The position numbers and the translations under genes are program-made. Below, piece by piece: positions 53,175-62,318 of a DNA stretch of 64,000 nt (position 1 is its first letter; each line of letters starts with the position of its first letter). The DNA lies in contig CAWBZK010000005.1 of NCBI GenBank assembly GCA_963793255.1, positions 76,873 to 140,872 of the forward strand. Reading direction: 5' to 3'. Origin of the DNA: an uncultured Acidobacteriota bacterium (GTDB lineage Bacteria; Acidobacteriota; Vicinamibacteria; Vicinamibacterales; SCN-69-37). The notes under the pieces were generated by a model. It searched no databases. It worked only from the letters and a program-made list of their open reading frames with translations, and was not told the DNA's origin.

Positions 53175-53201
53175 CAATCGGCAGGCGGACGGAGATCTTG
53201 A
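53175..53201 (-). promoter_or_regulatory. Sigma28 promoter of the EAL-HDOD gene
   Basis: TCAAG..N15-GCCGATTG. Confidence 0.7.
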
Positions 53202-53225
53202 ATCCTGCCGCGGGGAGGCCCAGTG

Positions 53226-54602
53226 TCACGCGATATATCGAATCCGCCGGCTCATGAGGGCATTGATCGAGCGATGTGGATCGACAAGGCGACCGGGGGT
53301 GAACAGGCGTTCTCGCAAGTGCTCGGTGTCATCGTGACCGACGGCCCCGCTGAAAATCTGCTGCAGATACTCGACGCCGAGCGGCGAGGGGCGCATCCGT
53401 TCGGTGTCGTAGAACGAGGGGTGCATTTTCCGAGGGTGGATCACACCCCATGGGTCCAGCAGCCCAGAGACCGGAAAGCCTGAGACGGTGAATCCGCTGG
53501 CGCGCGACCACTGCAGGGCCGCGATGACGTTCGTCTGGCCGTCGAGCAACAGGTCGACAGCCTGCCCGCCCTGCTGTGCCGCGTAGAACCGATCGAACAG
53601 GAGCGGCCGTCCACCGCGCTGCGTGTGCCCCACCTTTCTCGTGAAGATCACTTCGCCCGCGCTTTCGCCGCGCCGCAGCTGGCGGAAGTAGCGGTCGCCG
53701 ATGTTGTCGATGAGACGGCTGCGCAGGGCCTCCGCCGCGCCGCTGAAGACCTTGTTGCCCGCTGGGTCGGTCGAACTCGACTTCGCACCGAGCAACTGCC
53801 CGCTTGTGTCCTTGATGCCCTCGCCGCACACGATGACGACGTTCTTCTGCGCTTCGTAGAGCTCGATGACCCGCTCGACGAGCGAGTCCACCTCGACCGG
53901 ATGCTCGGGCGGCAGAATCAGGTCCGGCTGTCCGTACGCGGATCCGAGCGCGATGTAGCCGGACTCGCGGCCCATGACCTCGATGATCGCAATCCGCCGA
54001 TGACTCTCAGCGGTCGTGCGCACGCGCTCGATGCCGCCGGCCGCGACAAACACGGCCGTCGCAAACCCAGGCGTCACGTAGTTCACGATGTCGTCGAGGT
54101 CGATCGAACGGTTCGAGGCAATGCGCTGGTAGCAGTAGACGCCGGGCTTCGTCTCGGCTCGACGCCATTCCGAGGCCTCGGCCGCATGGTTGAGTCCGAG
54201 ATCGTTGTCGATCGTCTTCGGCGCGAGCACGACCGGCAGCGAATGCGACAGCGCCTGCATGCCGTTCAGCGTGCCGTCACCCCCCACACAGATCAGACCC
54301 TCGATCCCGAGCTGTTTCAGACGATCGGCAATGAGCGAGACCGCGTCGGTGTCCGAACCGTTCAGATAGTCACGGGAAGCGCCGAGAAGTGTGCCGCCGT
54401 TGGTCGGATCCAACTCCGGAATCTGCTCGTAGAGCGGATTCAGATGCACGTGCGGCAGGCGTGGATTGAACAGACTGTTGAAGCCCTTGATCAGGCCGTA
54501 GACCTCGACCCGCCGGGCATTGGCGCGCGTGACGACCCCGTGGATCGTCGCATTCAGTGCGGGTGTGTCCCCGCCAGCCGTCAGCACTCCGATGCGCTTC
54601 AT
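53226..54602 (-). CDS. pfkA: 6-phosphofructokinase family protein
   Basis: IGVLTAGGD.PALN, GGDGT, PKTIDND, EVMGR, GHTQRGG. Confidence 0.88.
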   Translation of the reverse strand: MKRIGVLTAGGDTPALNATIHGVVTRANARRVEVYGLIKGFNSLFNPRLPHVHLNPLYEQIPELDPTNGGTLLGASRDYLNGSDTDAVSLIADRLKQLGIEGLICVGGDGTLNGMQALSHSLPVVLAPKTIDNDLGLNHAAEASEWRRAETKPGVYCYQRIASNRSIDLDDIVNYVTPGFATAVFVAAGGIERVRTTAESHRRIAIIEVMGRESGYIALGSAYGQPDLILPPEHPVEVDSLVERVIELYEAQKNVVIVCGEGIKDTSGQLLGAKSSSTDPAGNKVFSGAAEALRSRLIDNIGDRYFRQLRRGESAGEVIFTRKVGHTQRGGRPLLFDRFYAAQQGGQAVDLLLDGQTNVIAALQWSRASGFTVSGFPVSGLLDPWGVIHPRKMHPSFYDTERMRPSPLGVEYLQQIFSGAVGHDDTEHLRERLFTPGRLVDPHRSINALMSRRIRYIA

Positions 54603-54776
54603 GGTGGGCGCCTCCGCCCGGGATGCCTCCGCCCGGCGGAGGCATCCGCAGAGGATCAATCGGCACCGGGCGTCAGTCCTTGACCCGTGCAGAATCGTGC
54701 AAGGGCTCCTGAACCCTGAAGGCGTGCGCCAACGACCGCTGGGGATGCCCAGCCGAACGTCATGCCCTCATGGTGA

Positions 54777-55523
54777 TTACCGGATCGCGAACGATCGGAC
54801 GAAACGTTCGAGCACGTCGAGGTCGGCCGTCGAGGGGCCTGCGGTTGCACCGCGGACCAACTGGAACGACGAGTACGGCGCGTCGAGGAAGCGCACCGCG
54901 CCGAAGAGGTGCTGGCGCGCGGACATCGCGCCGGATTCGAACGTCGTTTCCTTGTGAAAGACGGCCACGCGATCCGTCACAACGCACCGGCGCACGACCG
55001 GCGAGACGTTCCGCATCACGTCGAGCATCTTTGCCGCCGTGAGCAGCCGAGGCGCGAGCTTCAGCCCCTGCACACGATCCGTGGCGCCGAGAATGGCACA
55101 GACGTTGGTCGGCGTCAGTGGCGGCAGACTCGCGATGAGCGTCGGAACGTCTGCGTCCTGGAGAATTCCACGCGCGATGGAATCGTAGAGACCACCGAAC
55201 GCCTGAATGTCCACGTCGATGAAACCGGACGTCAGCACGGCTTCCCCGCCGAGCCCGGCGAGCGCGGGAAATCGAAACGCGGCCGTCCGGTTGCGGAAGC
55301 CGCTGTCCGTTCCGCGCACCGGCTCGCCGAAGGATTCCGGGTAGCTGAACTCGAATCGTCCCTGCGGATCGACGAACGTGCGCCAGCCGGCGGGCGCGTC
55401 CTGATCGCGGCCGCCGGCAATGGCCGCGGCGAGCCCCATGCAGGAGAGGATGACGAGCGTGCGCACGAGGTCAGTCGCGCACGGCGGCGTCACCGGCGAA
55501 GCGCTCGTATTCGGCGACGACAT
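54777..55523 (-). CDS. Hypothetical exported protein; start uncertain
   Basis: Signal-like segment then WRTFVDP..FEFSYP (PsbP-like start). Confidence 0.55.
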   Translation of the reverse strand: MSSPNTSASPVTPPCATDLVRTLVILSCMGLAAAIAGGRDQDAPAGWRTFVDPQGRFEFSYPESFGEPVRGTDSGFRNRTAAFRFPALAGLGGEAVLTSGFIDVDIQAFGGLYDSIARGILQDADVPTLIASLPPLTPTNVCAILGATDRVQGLKLAPRLLTAAKMLDVMRNVSPVVRRCVVTDRVAVFHKETTFESGAMSARQHLFGAVRFLDAPYSSFQLVRGATAGPSTADLDVLERFVRSFAIR

Positions 55524-56481
55524 CCCGCCAGATGCTCATCGCACGGTTAAGGCGGCCGCTGTGCTTGTCGGGCGCGCCGAGCGCCGCGCGCTCCATGTCC
55601 ACTTCCGCGCCCACCGCCAGATGAATGCCGGTTCGCGTGATGCGGCGAGCCTCGCCGAGCTCGACCTGAACCGTCTCGGGCGGCGGCAGAAACTCATAGG
55701 TGCCAAGGGCCATCGGATAAAAGTGAGACGGCCGGCTGGCGCGTCGCGCCATGAGGTAGTACATCTCGACGCTCGGCGCATCGAACGGCGCAATCTCCAC
55801 GCGGCCGTCCGCGTTGGCCCGATCGCGTCCGCCGCTCGGCGCCGCGTAGATGCACTGACCACCTTCCGACAGCAACTCTCCCATCCGCTCCATCGTCCGC
55901 CGGTTGTGCTGCTGCTTCGCGGCCCGTCGCTCGGGAGGATGCTCGATGTACCGCTTGGAATAAATGCACAGAAGGTTGCGTCCCATGCTGAACGGCACGG
56001 CCAGCGGATCGGTCGTCACGCGCTCGCCGGCGACGAAGATCATGTCCTTGCCGATGTCGGGGTGCGTGTCTTCGAGCAGCAGGCTGATCGCCTGCGGGTC
56101 GCCTTCGGTCTGATGGTTGGCCAGGAAGATGACGTTATCGCCGGCGGCGCGCTGTGAGGCGGCGCGGTCGAGGTGCGTCTGGCCGCGGAGCGACGACCGA
56201 GCCTTGTCCACGAGTGGCCGCAGGAACTCCACGCCGAACTGGTAGTAGTCGAACGGCGCGGTGATCTGCCGGTGAAACGGCTCGAACGTGAACGGCGCGT
56301 CGAGCTGTTCTTCGAGACGGTCGATCATCCCGTCCAGCAGGTGGTCGAACTTCTCGGGCGAGAGTCCCGCGTTCGAAAGCGCGGACCGGTACGCGTCGAA
56401 GAACTGGACCAGGATCGGTCCGTACTTCGCGGGGAACCGGGGATCGGCGACGAACGCGCGGACGCGCGTGGAATCCGACAC
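55471..56481 (-). CDS. Soluble glycerol-3-phosphate acyltransferase of the plastid ATS1 / Chlamydia type
   Basis: F.PFH..I..PFDYY.FG.EF.RPL, NHQTEGDP, VAG.RV.TDPL..PFSMGRNLLCIYSK, APSGGRDR. Confidence 0.85.
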   Translation of the reverse strand: MSDSTRVRAFVADPRFPAKYGPILVQFFDAYRSALSNAGLSPEKFDHLLDGMIDRLEEQLDAPFTFEPFHRQITAPFDYYQFGVEFLRPLVDKARSSLRGQTHLDRAASQRAAGDNVIFLANHQTEGDPQAISLLLEDTHPDIGKDMIFVAGERVTTDPLAVPFSMGRNLLCIYSKRYIEHPPERRAAKQQHNRRTMERMGELLSEGGQCIYAAPSGGRDRANADGRVEIAPFDAPSVEMYYLMARRASRPSHFYPMALGTYEFLPPPETVQVELGEARRITRTGIHLAVGAEVDMERAALGAPDKHSGRLNRAMSIWRDVVAEYERFAGDAAVRD

Positions 56482-56485
56482 GGCG

Positions 56486-56991
56486 TCAGAGCGTCGACGC
56501 CAGCCGATGGCTGGCCATGAGCAGCGAGGCGCCGATCAGGTGCCACGCCATCAACCTGGCGATCCGCTGGAGTTTCGCCTGAAGGGCGCGGAGCTCACCG
56601 GCCTGCGACGCGTTCGGCGGGCCGCCGGCCTTGGCGATCTCTCCGCCGAGCCGGACTAGCTTCTCGGCGGTGGGCTTCTGGACGAAGACGCCCAGGACGA
56701 ACGCCCCGAGGCCGAGCAGGGCGCCGAGCGACAGCACGATACCCTCGGGCGACGTCAGCCAGACGCTCGAAAACCTCAACATGTAGAGCCGCACCCGGTC
56801 AGCACGACCAGCGCGGCGGCGATTGTCAGAACGACGGGCATGCGTCGTTTGACGACGCCCGCCATGACCGCTCCGCCCGCCGGCCCCGCATCGACGACCG
56901 CTGGCAGCACGAACAGGCCGAGGACGGTGGCCCCTCCGGCCCAGAGGATCCCGAGCACGACGTGCAGAAGAATGAGAAAGGGATATTCCAT
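56486..56991 (-). CDS. Four-TM membrane protein (frameshift ~56785)
   Basis: LLHVVLGILWAGG..., hydrophobic segments across two frames. Confidence 0.7.
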
Positions 56992-57008
56992 GTGCGGTAA
57001 AGGTACAG

Positions 57009-57064
57009 GAAAAACACGCCGGGTGAATTTTACGTAAAACGTAAAATTCACCCGGCCACTTTTT
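57009..57064. repeat. Palindrome related to 974-1023
   Basis: gccgggtgaattttacgt-aaa-acgtaaaattcacccggc, then cacttttt. Confidence 0.7.
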
Positions 57065-57200
57065 CGATGAAATACAGGCTGCTAATGCATGCCCCGCGCT
57101 CCGGCTGGAAAGAGGCCGGGATCGGCACGTGGCCCCCGTCTGGCGGAACGCAACCGCCTGACAACCCGGGGGCGCGGCTGACGTCAGGGGGCCACTAGCG

Positions 57201-57581
57201 ATGCGCCGCATGGCCTTCTCGCATACGTCGCCACAGATCCTCGACCGCTCGAAGACCGTCACGCGACGTACTGGCTGGCGGTATCTCAAGCCGGGTGACC
57301 TCATCGAGGCCGTCGAGAAGTCGCGTGGATTGAAGAAAGGCGAGCGCGTCCGGGCCCTCGGCGTGCTGAAAGTCGTCAGCGTCCGCTTCGAGCCACTGTC
57401 GAAGCTTGTGACCGACGCGCGCTACGCGGAAGACGAGTTGCCGCGCGAGGGCTTCCCCTGCTGGTCGCGTGACGACTTCATCGCGATGTTCCTGCGCGTC
57501 AACGCGCTGAAGTCGACGGCCGTCACCGTGACACGGATCGAGTTCGAGTACGTGCAGGCTGATAATCTGTCGGATCGTTGA
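57201..57581 (+). CDS. ASCH/PUA-like domain protein
   Basis: I...KTVTRR.GW..LKPGD, EGF, V.RIEF. Confidence 0.75.
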   Translation: MRRMAFSHTSPQILDRSKTVTRRTGWRYLKPGDLIEAVEKSRGLKKGERVRALGVLKVVSVRFEPLSKLVTDARYAEDELPREGFPCWSRDDFIAMFLRVNALKSTAVTVTRIEFEYVQADNLSDR

Positions 57582-58623
57582 CCGAATCACGCTCCAGCGC
57601 GCTCCGGCTTCTGGGCACGGCGGTCACCGTGCTCGCCGCCCCACTTGCATGGTGGGTTCTCGTCAGCGCCTGGGGTCCGGCCGCGGCCGACCAGCCAGCG
57701 AGTTATCTTCCCGCCCTCGAGGCACGACGGGCCCGACAGCCCTTCGACGCGACCGTCATCGACGACCTGCGACGGCTGAATCCGCGGTACGTGTTCATCG
57801 GGGATTCGATGGCGCGCCGGATCTCGCCGGGCCACCTCGCGAAGATCTCGGGCGAGAGTGTCGCCCCGCTGTATCAGAACTCCACCGGGCCCGCCTACTG
57901 GTACCTCACGTTCAAGAACCACCTGATCCCGAGCGGCGTGAAGCCGGCGTGGGTATTCTTCTTCTTCCGCGACACGTTCCTCACCGACACGCTCTTCCGT
58001 CTGACGGGCCGGTACCGCGCGAAGGTGGACACGGCCGCCTCCGACCTCGAGCCCGACCTGAACCGCATCGTCGCGGCGCGAACCGGCGGCCATTGGTACG
58101 CCGTCCATCGCGCGGTCGACGAGGTGTACGACGCTGAACGCGCACGCGAGTGGCTCGAACCGAAACTGACGGCGTGGCCGGCCGCGCTCGTCAGCGGCCC
58201 CGCGGGCGTCGAGTCGCTGCTCGACGAAGCGAACGAGGCGTTCGACCTGGAGCGGCTGCGGACCATGGCGGCGGCCGACGTCGAGGCCGCGTCGGACGCG
58301 GAGGCGGACTTCGGGACGCCAGGTGGATTCGTCGGTCCTGCCGCTGATTCTGTCGCTCGCGCGCGCGAACGACGCTGCGCATCTGTTTCGTCCGCGTCGT
58401 GCGCCGCCCGGAGAATGGCCGGCCGCCAGAGGACTCCGAGGCGCTCGCGAGATACGCGCGCGACTTCCGCGCGTACGTCGAGGCCAACGGTGCGACGTTC
58501 ATGGACGACCATGACGATCCGCGGCTGGCCCGGCTGCCCTACTCCGACGGCGACCACATCACCGAAGCCGCGCGCCCGCTCTACACGGACATGTTCTGGC
58601 CCAGGGTGCAGGCCCTGCCGTGA
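57578..58623 (+). CDS. Membrane-anchored SGNH-like protein (frameshifts ~58315-58380)
   Basis: N-terminal TM, FIGDSM, YSDGDH; coupled to an MBOAT gene. Confidence 0.65.
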
Positions 58624-60044
58624 TCTTTCACAGCCTCGACTTCGTCGTCTTCTTCCTCGTCACGACCGTCGTGTACTGGCGACTGCCGCACCGGGCGCAG
58701 AACGTCCTGCTGCTCGTCGCGAGCTACGTCTTCTACGGCTGGATTCACCCGTGGTTCCTGTACCTCATCGCGGCGACGACGGTCGTGGATTACTGGGCGG
58801 GCCGTGCGATGGAGGACCGCCCGAGATCCAAAGGGTGGCTTCTCGGCGCCTCGGTCGCGGCAAACCTCGGGCTTCTCGGCACGTTCAAGTATTTCAATTT
58901 TTTCGCGGACGGCGTGCAGACGCTCCTCGCCGCCTTCGGCTTGAATGTGTCGGTGCCGACGCTCGCGCTGATGCTCCCGGTCGGCATTTCGTTCTACACG
59001 TTCCAGGAACTGTCGTACACGATCGGCGTCTACCGAGGCACGCTGCGCGCCCGGCGTGATTTCCTCGACTTCGCCGTCTTCGTCTGTTTCTTCCCGCAGC
59101 TCGTCGCCGGCCCGATCGAACGGGCGGCACATCTGCTGCCGCAAGTCGAACGCCCGCGCGTCTGGTCATGGGCACAGGCTCAGGACGCGTTCTTCCTCAT
59201 CCTGTGGGGCTACTTCAAGAAACTCGTTGTCGCCGACAACGCGGGCGTCATCGCCAACAAGGTCTTCGCGTTGCAGGAGCCGGGCTTCTTCGTGCTATGG
59301 GCGGGCGTCTTCGCCTTCGCGATTCAGATCTACGGCGACTTCTCCGCCTATAGCGACATCGCGCGCGGCACCGCGCGGTGGCTCGGGTTCGATCTGATGC
59401 GGAACTTCGACCATCCCTACATGGCCCGCGGGCCGGTCGAGTTCTGGCGACGCTGGCACATCTCGCTCTCGACCTGGTTCCGCGACTACGTGTACGTGCC
59501 GCTCGGCGGCTCGCGCGGCGGCCCCCTGAAGACATACCGCAATCTCTTCGCGACGTTTCTGATCTCGGGCCTTTGGCACGGCGCGAGCTGGAACTTCGTG
59601 CTCTGGGGCGCCTACCACGGCACACTCGTGGTGATCTCACGGATCCTGGGCGGTCGGGAAGGGCCGGCACAGCGGGCGCGGCCATGGCTCGTACCGCTGC
59701 AGGTTGCCGGCATGTTCGCACTCACCTGCGTGGGCTGGTTGATGTTCCGGGAAACCGACACTCACATGCTCATGCGCGACTTCACGCTCACACCGTGGAG
59801 CACCAGTGCCGCTGACCGCCAGGTCGGCATGTATTTGTTCCTATTGACGCTCGTCTATTCCCTGCCGCTCTGGATCGACAGTGTCTGGGCGGTGTACGTG
59901 CGGCCGTGGTGGGAGGCCCGACGGCCCCCATCGTTCGCAGGAGACGGCCTCATCGTCCGGACGGCGCTCGCCGGCGTCGCCTTCGCGCTCATGCTGGTGT
60001 TTCGCAGCCGACAGTCGTTGGATTTTATTTACTTTCAATTCTGA
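58620..60044 (+). CDS. MBOAT O-acyltransferase (AlgI/DltB/PatA family)
   Basis: LPVGISFYTFQ, FFPQLVAGPIER, QIYGDFSAYSDIA, FWRRWHISLSTWFRDYVY, GLWHGA. Confidence 0.95.
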   Translation: MIFHSLDFVVFFLVTTVVYWRLPHRAQNVLLLVASYVFYGWIHPWFLYLIAATTVVDYWAGRAMEDRPRSKGWLLGASVAANLGLLGTFKYFNFFADGVQTLLAAFGLNVSVPTLALMLPVGISFYTFQELSYTIGVYRGTLRARRDFLDFAVFVCFFPQLVAGPIERAAHLLPQVERPRVWSWAQAQDAFFLILWGYFKKLVVADNAGVIANKVFALQEPGFFVLWAGVFAFAIQIYGDFSAYSDIARGTARWLGFDLMRNFDHPYMARGPVEFWRRWHISLSTWFRDYVYVPLGGSRGGPLKTYRNLFATFLISGLWHGASWNFVLWGAYHGTLVVISRILGGREGPAQRARPWLVPLQVAGMFALTCVGWLMFRETDTHMLMRDFTLTPWSTSAADRQVGMYLFLLTLVYSLPLWIDSVWAVYVRPWWEARRPPSFAGDGLIVRTALAGVAFALMLVFRSRQSLDFIYFQF

Positions 60045-61120
60045 ATGGTTCCCCGTTCCACGTTCCCCGTTCCTGGTTCTGGTTCTTCGGTTCTCGTTCT
60101 GGTTCTGGTTCCTGGTTCAGGGTTCACGCGCTGCTGTTGGTGTGCTTCCTGTCGGTCTCCGTGCGCGCGCAGGAGGAACGCAACACCGTCCGGGTCGAGG
60201 CCAGTGACGAAGCGATGGGGACGACCTTCACGGTCGTCGTTCACGGCCGCGATCGCGAGGCGCTCGCTCTCGCAGCGCGGGCGGCGCTGGCTGAAGCCGT
60301 GCGACTGGACAATCTCCTCTCGAACTACAAGCCCGACAGCGAGTGGAGCGTGATGAATCGGGAGGCCGCGCACGCGCCATTTGTTGTGTCCCCTGAGCTC
60401 TTCAACGTTCTCGAGGCATGCTTGACGTACAACCGCGACACCGATGGCGCATTCGACGTCAGCGTCGGACCGTTGATGAAGGTCTGGGGTTTCTTCAAAG
60501 GCGAGGGAACGCTGCCGAGCGCCGCGGTCGTGAAGCGGGCTCTGGAAGATGTCGGATCGGGAAAGGTGCGGCTCGACCGTGCGACGCGCACGGTCCACTT
60601 CCTGCAGCCCGGTGTCGAGCTCGACCCCGGAGGCATCGGTAAGGGCTACGCCATCGATCGCATGGTCGAGGTGCTGAAAGACCGAGGCGTCCGCGCGGCG
60701 TTTCTTTCTGCCGGTGGGAGCAGCATCTACGGCCTCGGCGCGCCGCCCGACAATCCACGTGGATGGTCAGTCGTGATTCGCAACCCACGCGCACCGTCGG
60801 GCGTGGTGTCCACGCAGTTCCTGAAAGACGCGTCGCTCTCGACGTCGGGCAGCGACGAGAAGTTCTTCCGCGCGGGCGGTCGCGCCTATTCGCACATCAT
60901 GGATCCGCGTACGGGCTCCCCGGCCACCGGCATCTCGTCCGTGTCGGTCATCGCGCCGCGGACCATCGACAGCGAAGCGTGGACCAAGGCGTACTTCATC
61001 AACGGCGCGTCGTGGGCGGCCCGGCACCGATTGAACGACGCGCGTGTGCTGATGTGCGACGACAGCGCCAGCGGCGGCGTGCCGGTGGATCGAGTAGTGA
61101 CCGCGGCGCGGACTGGTTAG
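60045..61120 (+). CDS. apbE: FAD:protein FMN transferase ApbE; start uncertain
   Basis: AMGT, GAFDVSVGPL..WGF, LDPGGIGKGYAID, STSG, HIMDPRTG. Confidence 0.88.
60048..60126. repeat. Family A left arm at the apbE 5' end
   Basis: 60048-60086 is identical (39 nt) to 11938-11976. Confidence 0.85.
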
Positions 61121-61644
61121 TCCAACCGCTCCAGTTGTCCGCGGATCTCACCGCCCGGAATATCACCCGGCTGGTTCGTCACGGGAGCAACGCCATCGTT
61201 CGTGTGCACGTTCACGTACGCGTTGCCCGCTTCGATCGCCGCAATCAGGTCCGAGAACGGCCGGCCCGCGAGGGTATTGATGAATCCGGTGCCATCGATC
61301 GTCCCTTTCGCGACCACATCGTCTACCTGCGGGCCCCCGCCTGACGGGACGACGCCGTACAGGAACTGAACGATGGGACCGTTCGCTCCCTGCGGCCCGA
61401 TGTGAATGTGCGCCTGCACGATGTTGCTGATCTTCTGCGACACGAGGTCGTAGGTCAGTTCGGTTCCGGCCGCATTCAGCCGGAAGACCGCCTGTCCCAA
61501 CGCCTCCGAATTATTCGGCGGGACTTCGTTGGAGGATCTCAGCGGCGCCCAGTAGGTAGCCTGCACGACCGGCGTCGTTGGACTGTCACTGTCACACGCG
61601 ATCAGGGTCAAGCCCGCGAACACTCCAAGGACGAATCTGCGCAT
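61117..61644 (-). CDS. CHRD-domain lipoprotein
   Basis: LIAC lipobox, NEVPP, AHIH.G..G.NGPI, YVNVHT..PGGEIRGQ. Confidence 0.9.
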   Translation of the reverse strand: MRRFVLGVFAGLTLIACDSDSPTTPVVQATYWAPLRSSNEVPPNNSEALGQAVFRLNAAGTELTYDLVSQKISNIVQAHIHIGPQGANGPIVQFLYGVVPSGGGPQVDDVVAKGTIDGTGFINTLAGRPFSDLIAAIEAGNAYVNVHTNDGVAPVTNQPGDIPGGEIRGQLERLD

Positions 61645-61667
61645 CAGCCCCTCCGAGGCAGACAGTA

Positions 61668-62171
61668 TCACTCCCGGTAGTTGCCGAACTGCAGCTCGAT
61701 CCCGAAATCCTGCCCCTTCAAGAGATGCATCGCGGCTTGGAGCTCGTCTTTCGAGTTCGACGACACGCGCACCTGGTCGCTCTGAATCGTGGCCTGCACC
61801 TTCTTCAGCTTCTGGTCCTTCAGGAACTTCACGATCGACTTCGCGGCCTCGACCGGAATCCCCTGCTGAAGCTCGACCGTGCGCTTGACGAGCGACCCGC
61901 CGGCCGCCGTGATCTCGGACGGCTTCAGGTTCTTGGTGGGCACACCACGGCGGACCATCCGAGTCAGCAGAATGTCCCACACGGCTTCCATCTTGAAGTT
62001 GTCGTCGGCGACGAGCTCGATGCGGTTTTCTGAACCCTTGAGATCGATCGCCGCCTTGGACCCTTTGAAGTCGTAGCGCTGGGCGATTTCCTTGCGTGCC
62101 TGGTTGACGGCGTTGTCGACTTCCTGGAGATCGACGGCGGAGGTGATGTCGAACGAGACAGTTGCGGCCAT
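61668..62171 (-). CDS. yajQ: YajQ family nucleotide/c-di-GMP-binding protein
   Basis: SFDI.S.VDLQEVDNAVNQ..KEI..RYDFKG, QGI, LQF.NYR. Confidence 0.93.
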   Translation of the reverse strand: MAATVSFDITSAVDLQEVDNAVNQARKEIAQRYDFKGSKAAIDLKGSENRIELVADDNFKMEAVWDILLTRMVRRGVPTKNLKPSEITAAGGSLVKRTVELQQGIPVEAAKSIVKFLKDQKLKKVQATIQSDQVRVSSNSKDELQAAMHLLKGQDFGIELQFGNYRE

Positions 62172-62318
62172 GGAACGATCGTAGCCTAGAGCGCGTCGTC
62201 GTACTCCGATCGAAGGCGAACGGCGGTGTGCGCCTTGATCAGATCGGCGTAAATCTCACGCATAACTCGCGGCGAGCAGCATATATACTACCGCCGTTCC
62301 CGATATCTGAGTCCCGCG

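Noticed and set aside
53226..54602. PFK as a PPi-dependent or flagellum-linked enzyme
   Set aside because: GGDG with PKTIDND does not show the Asp typical of PPi enzymes, and no flagellar promoter was seen; treated as a neighbouring housekeeping gene.
57201..57581. Prophage or mobile element suggested by the ASCH gene
   Set aside because: No integrase, structural genes, att sites or compositional shift nearby.
61668..62171. YajQ as part of the flagellar c-di-GMP module
   Set aside because: It is 8 kb beyond the last sigma28 promoter, has no such promoter itself, and is a widespread housekeeping gene.
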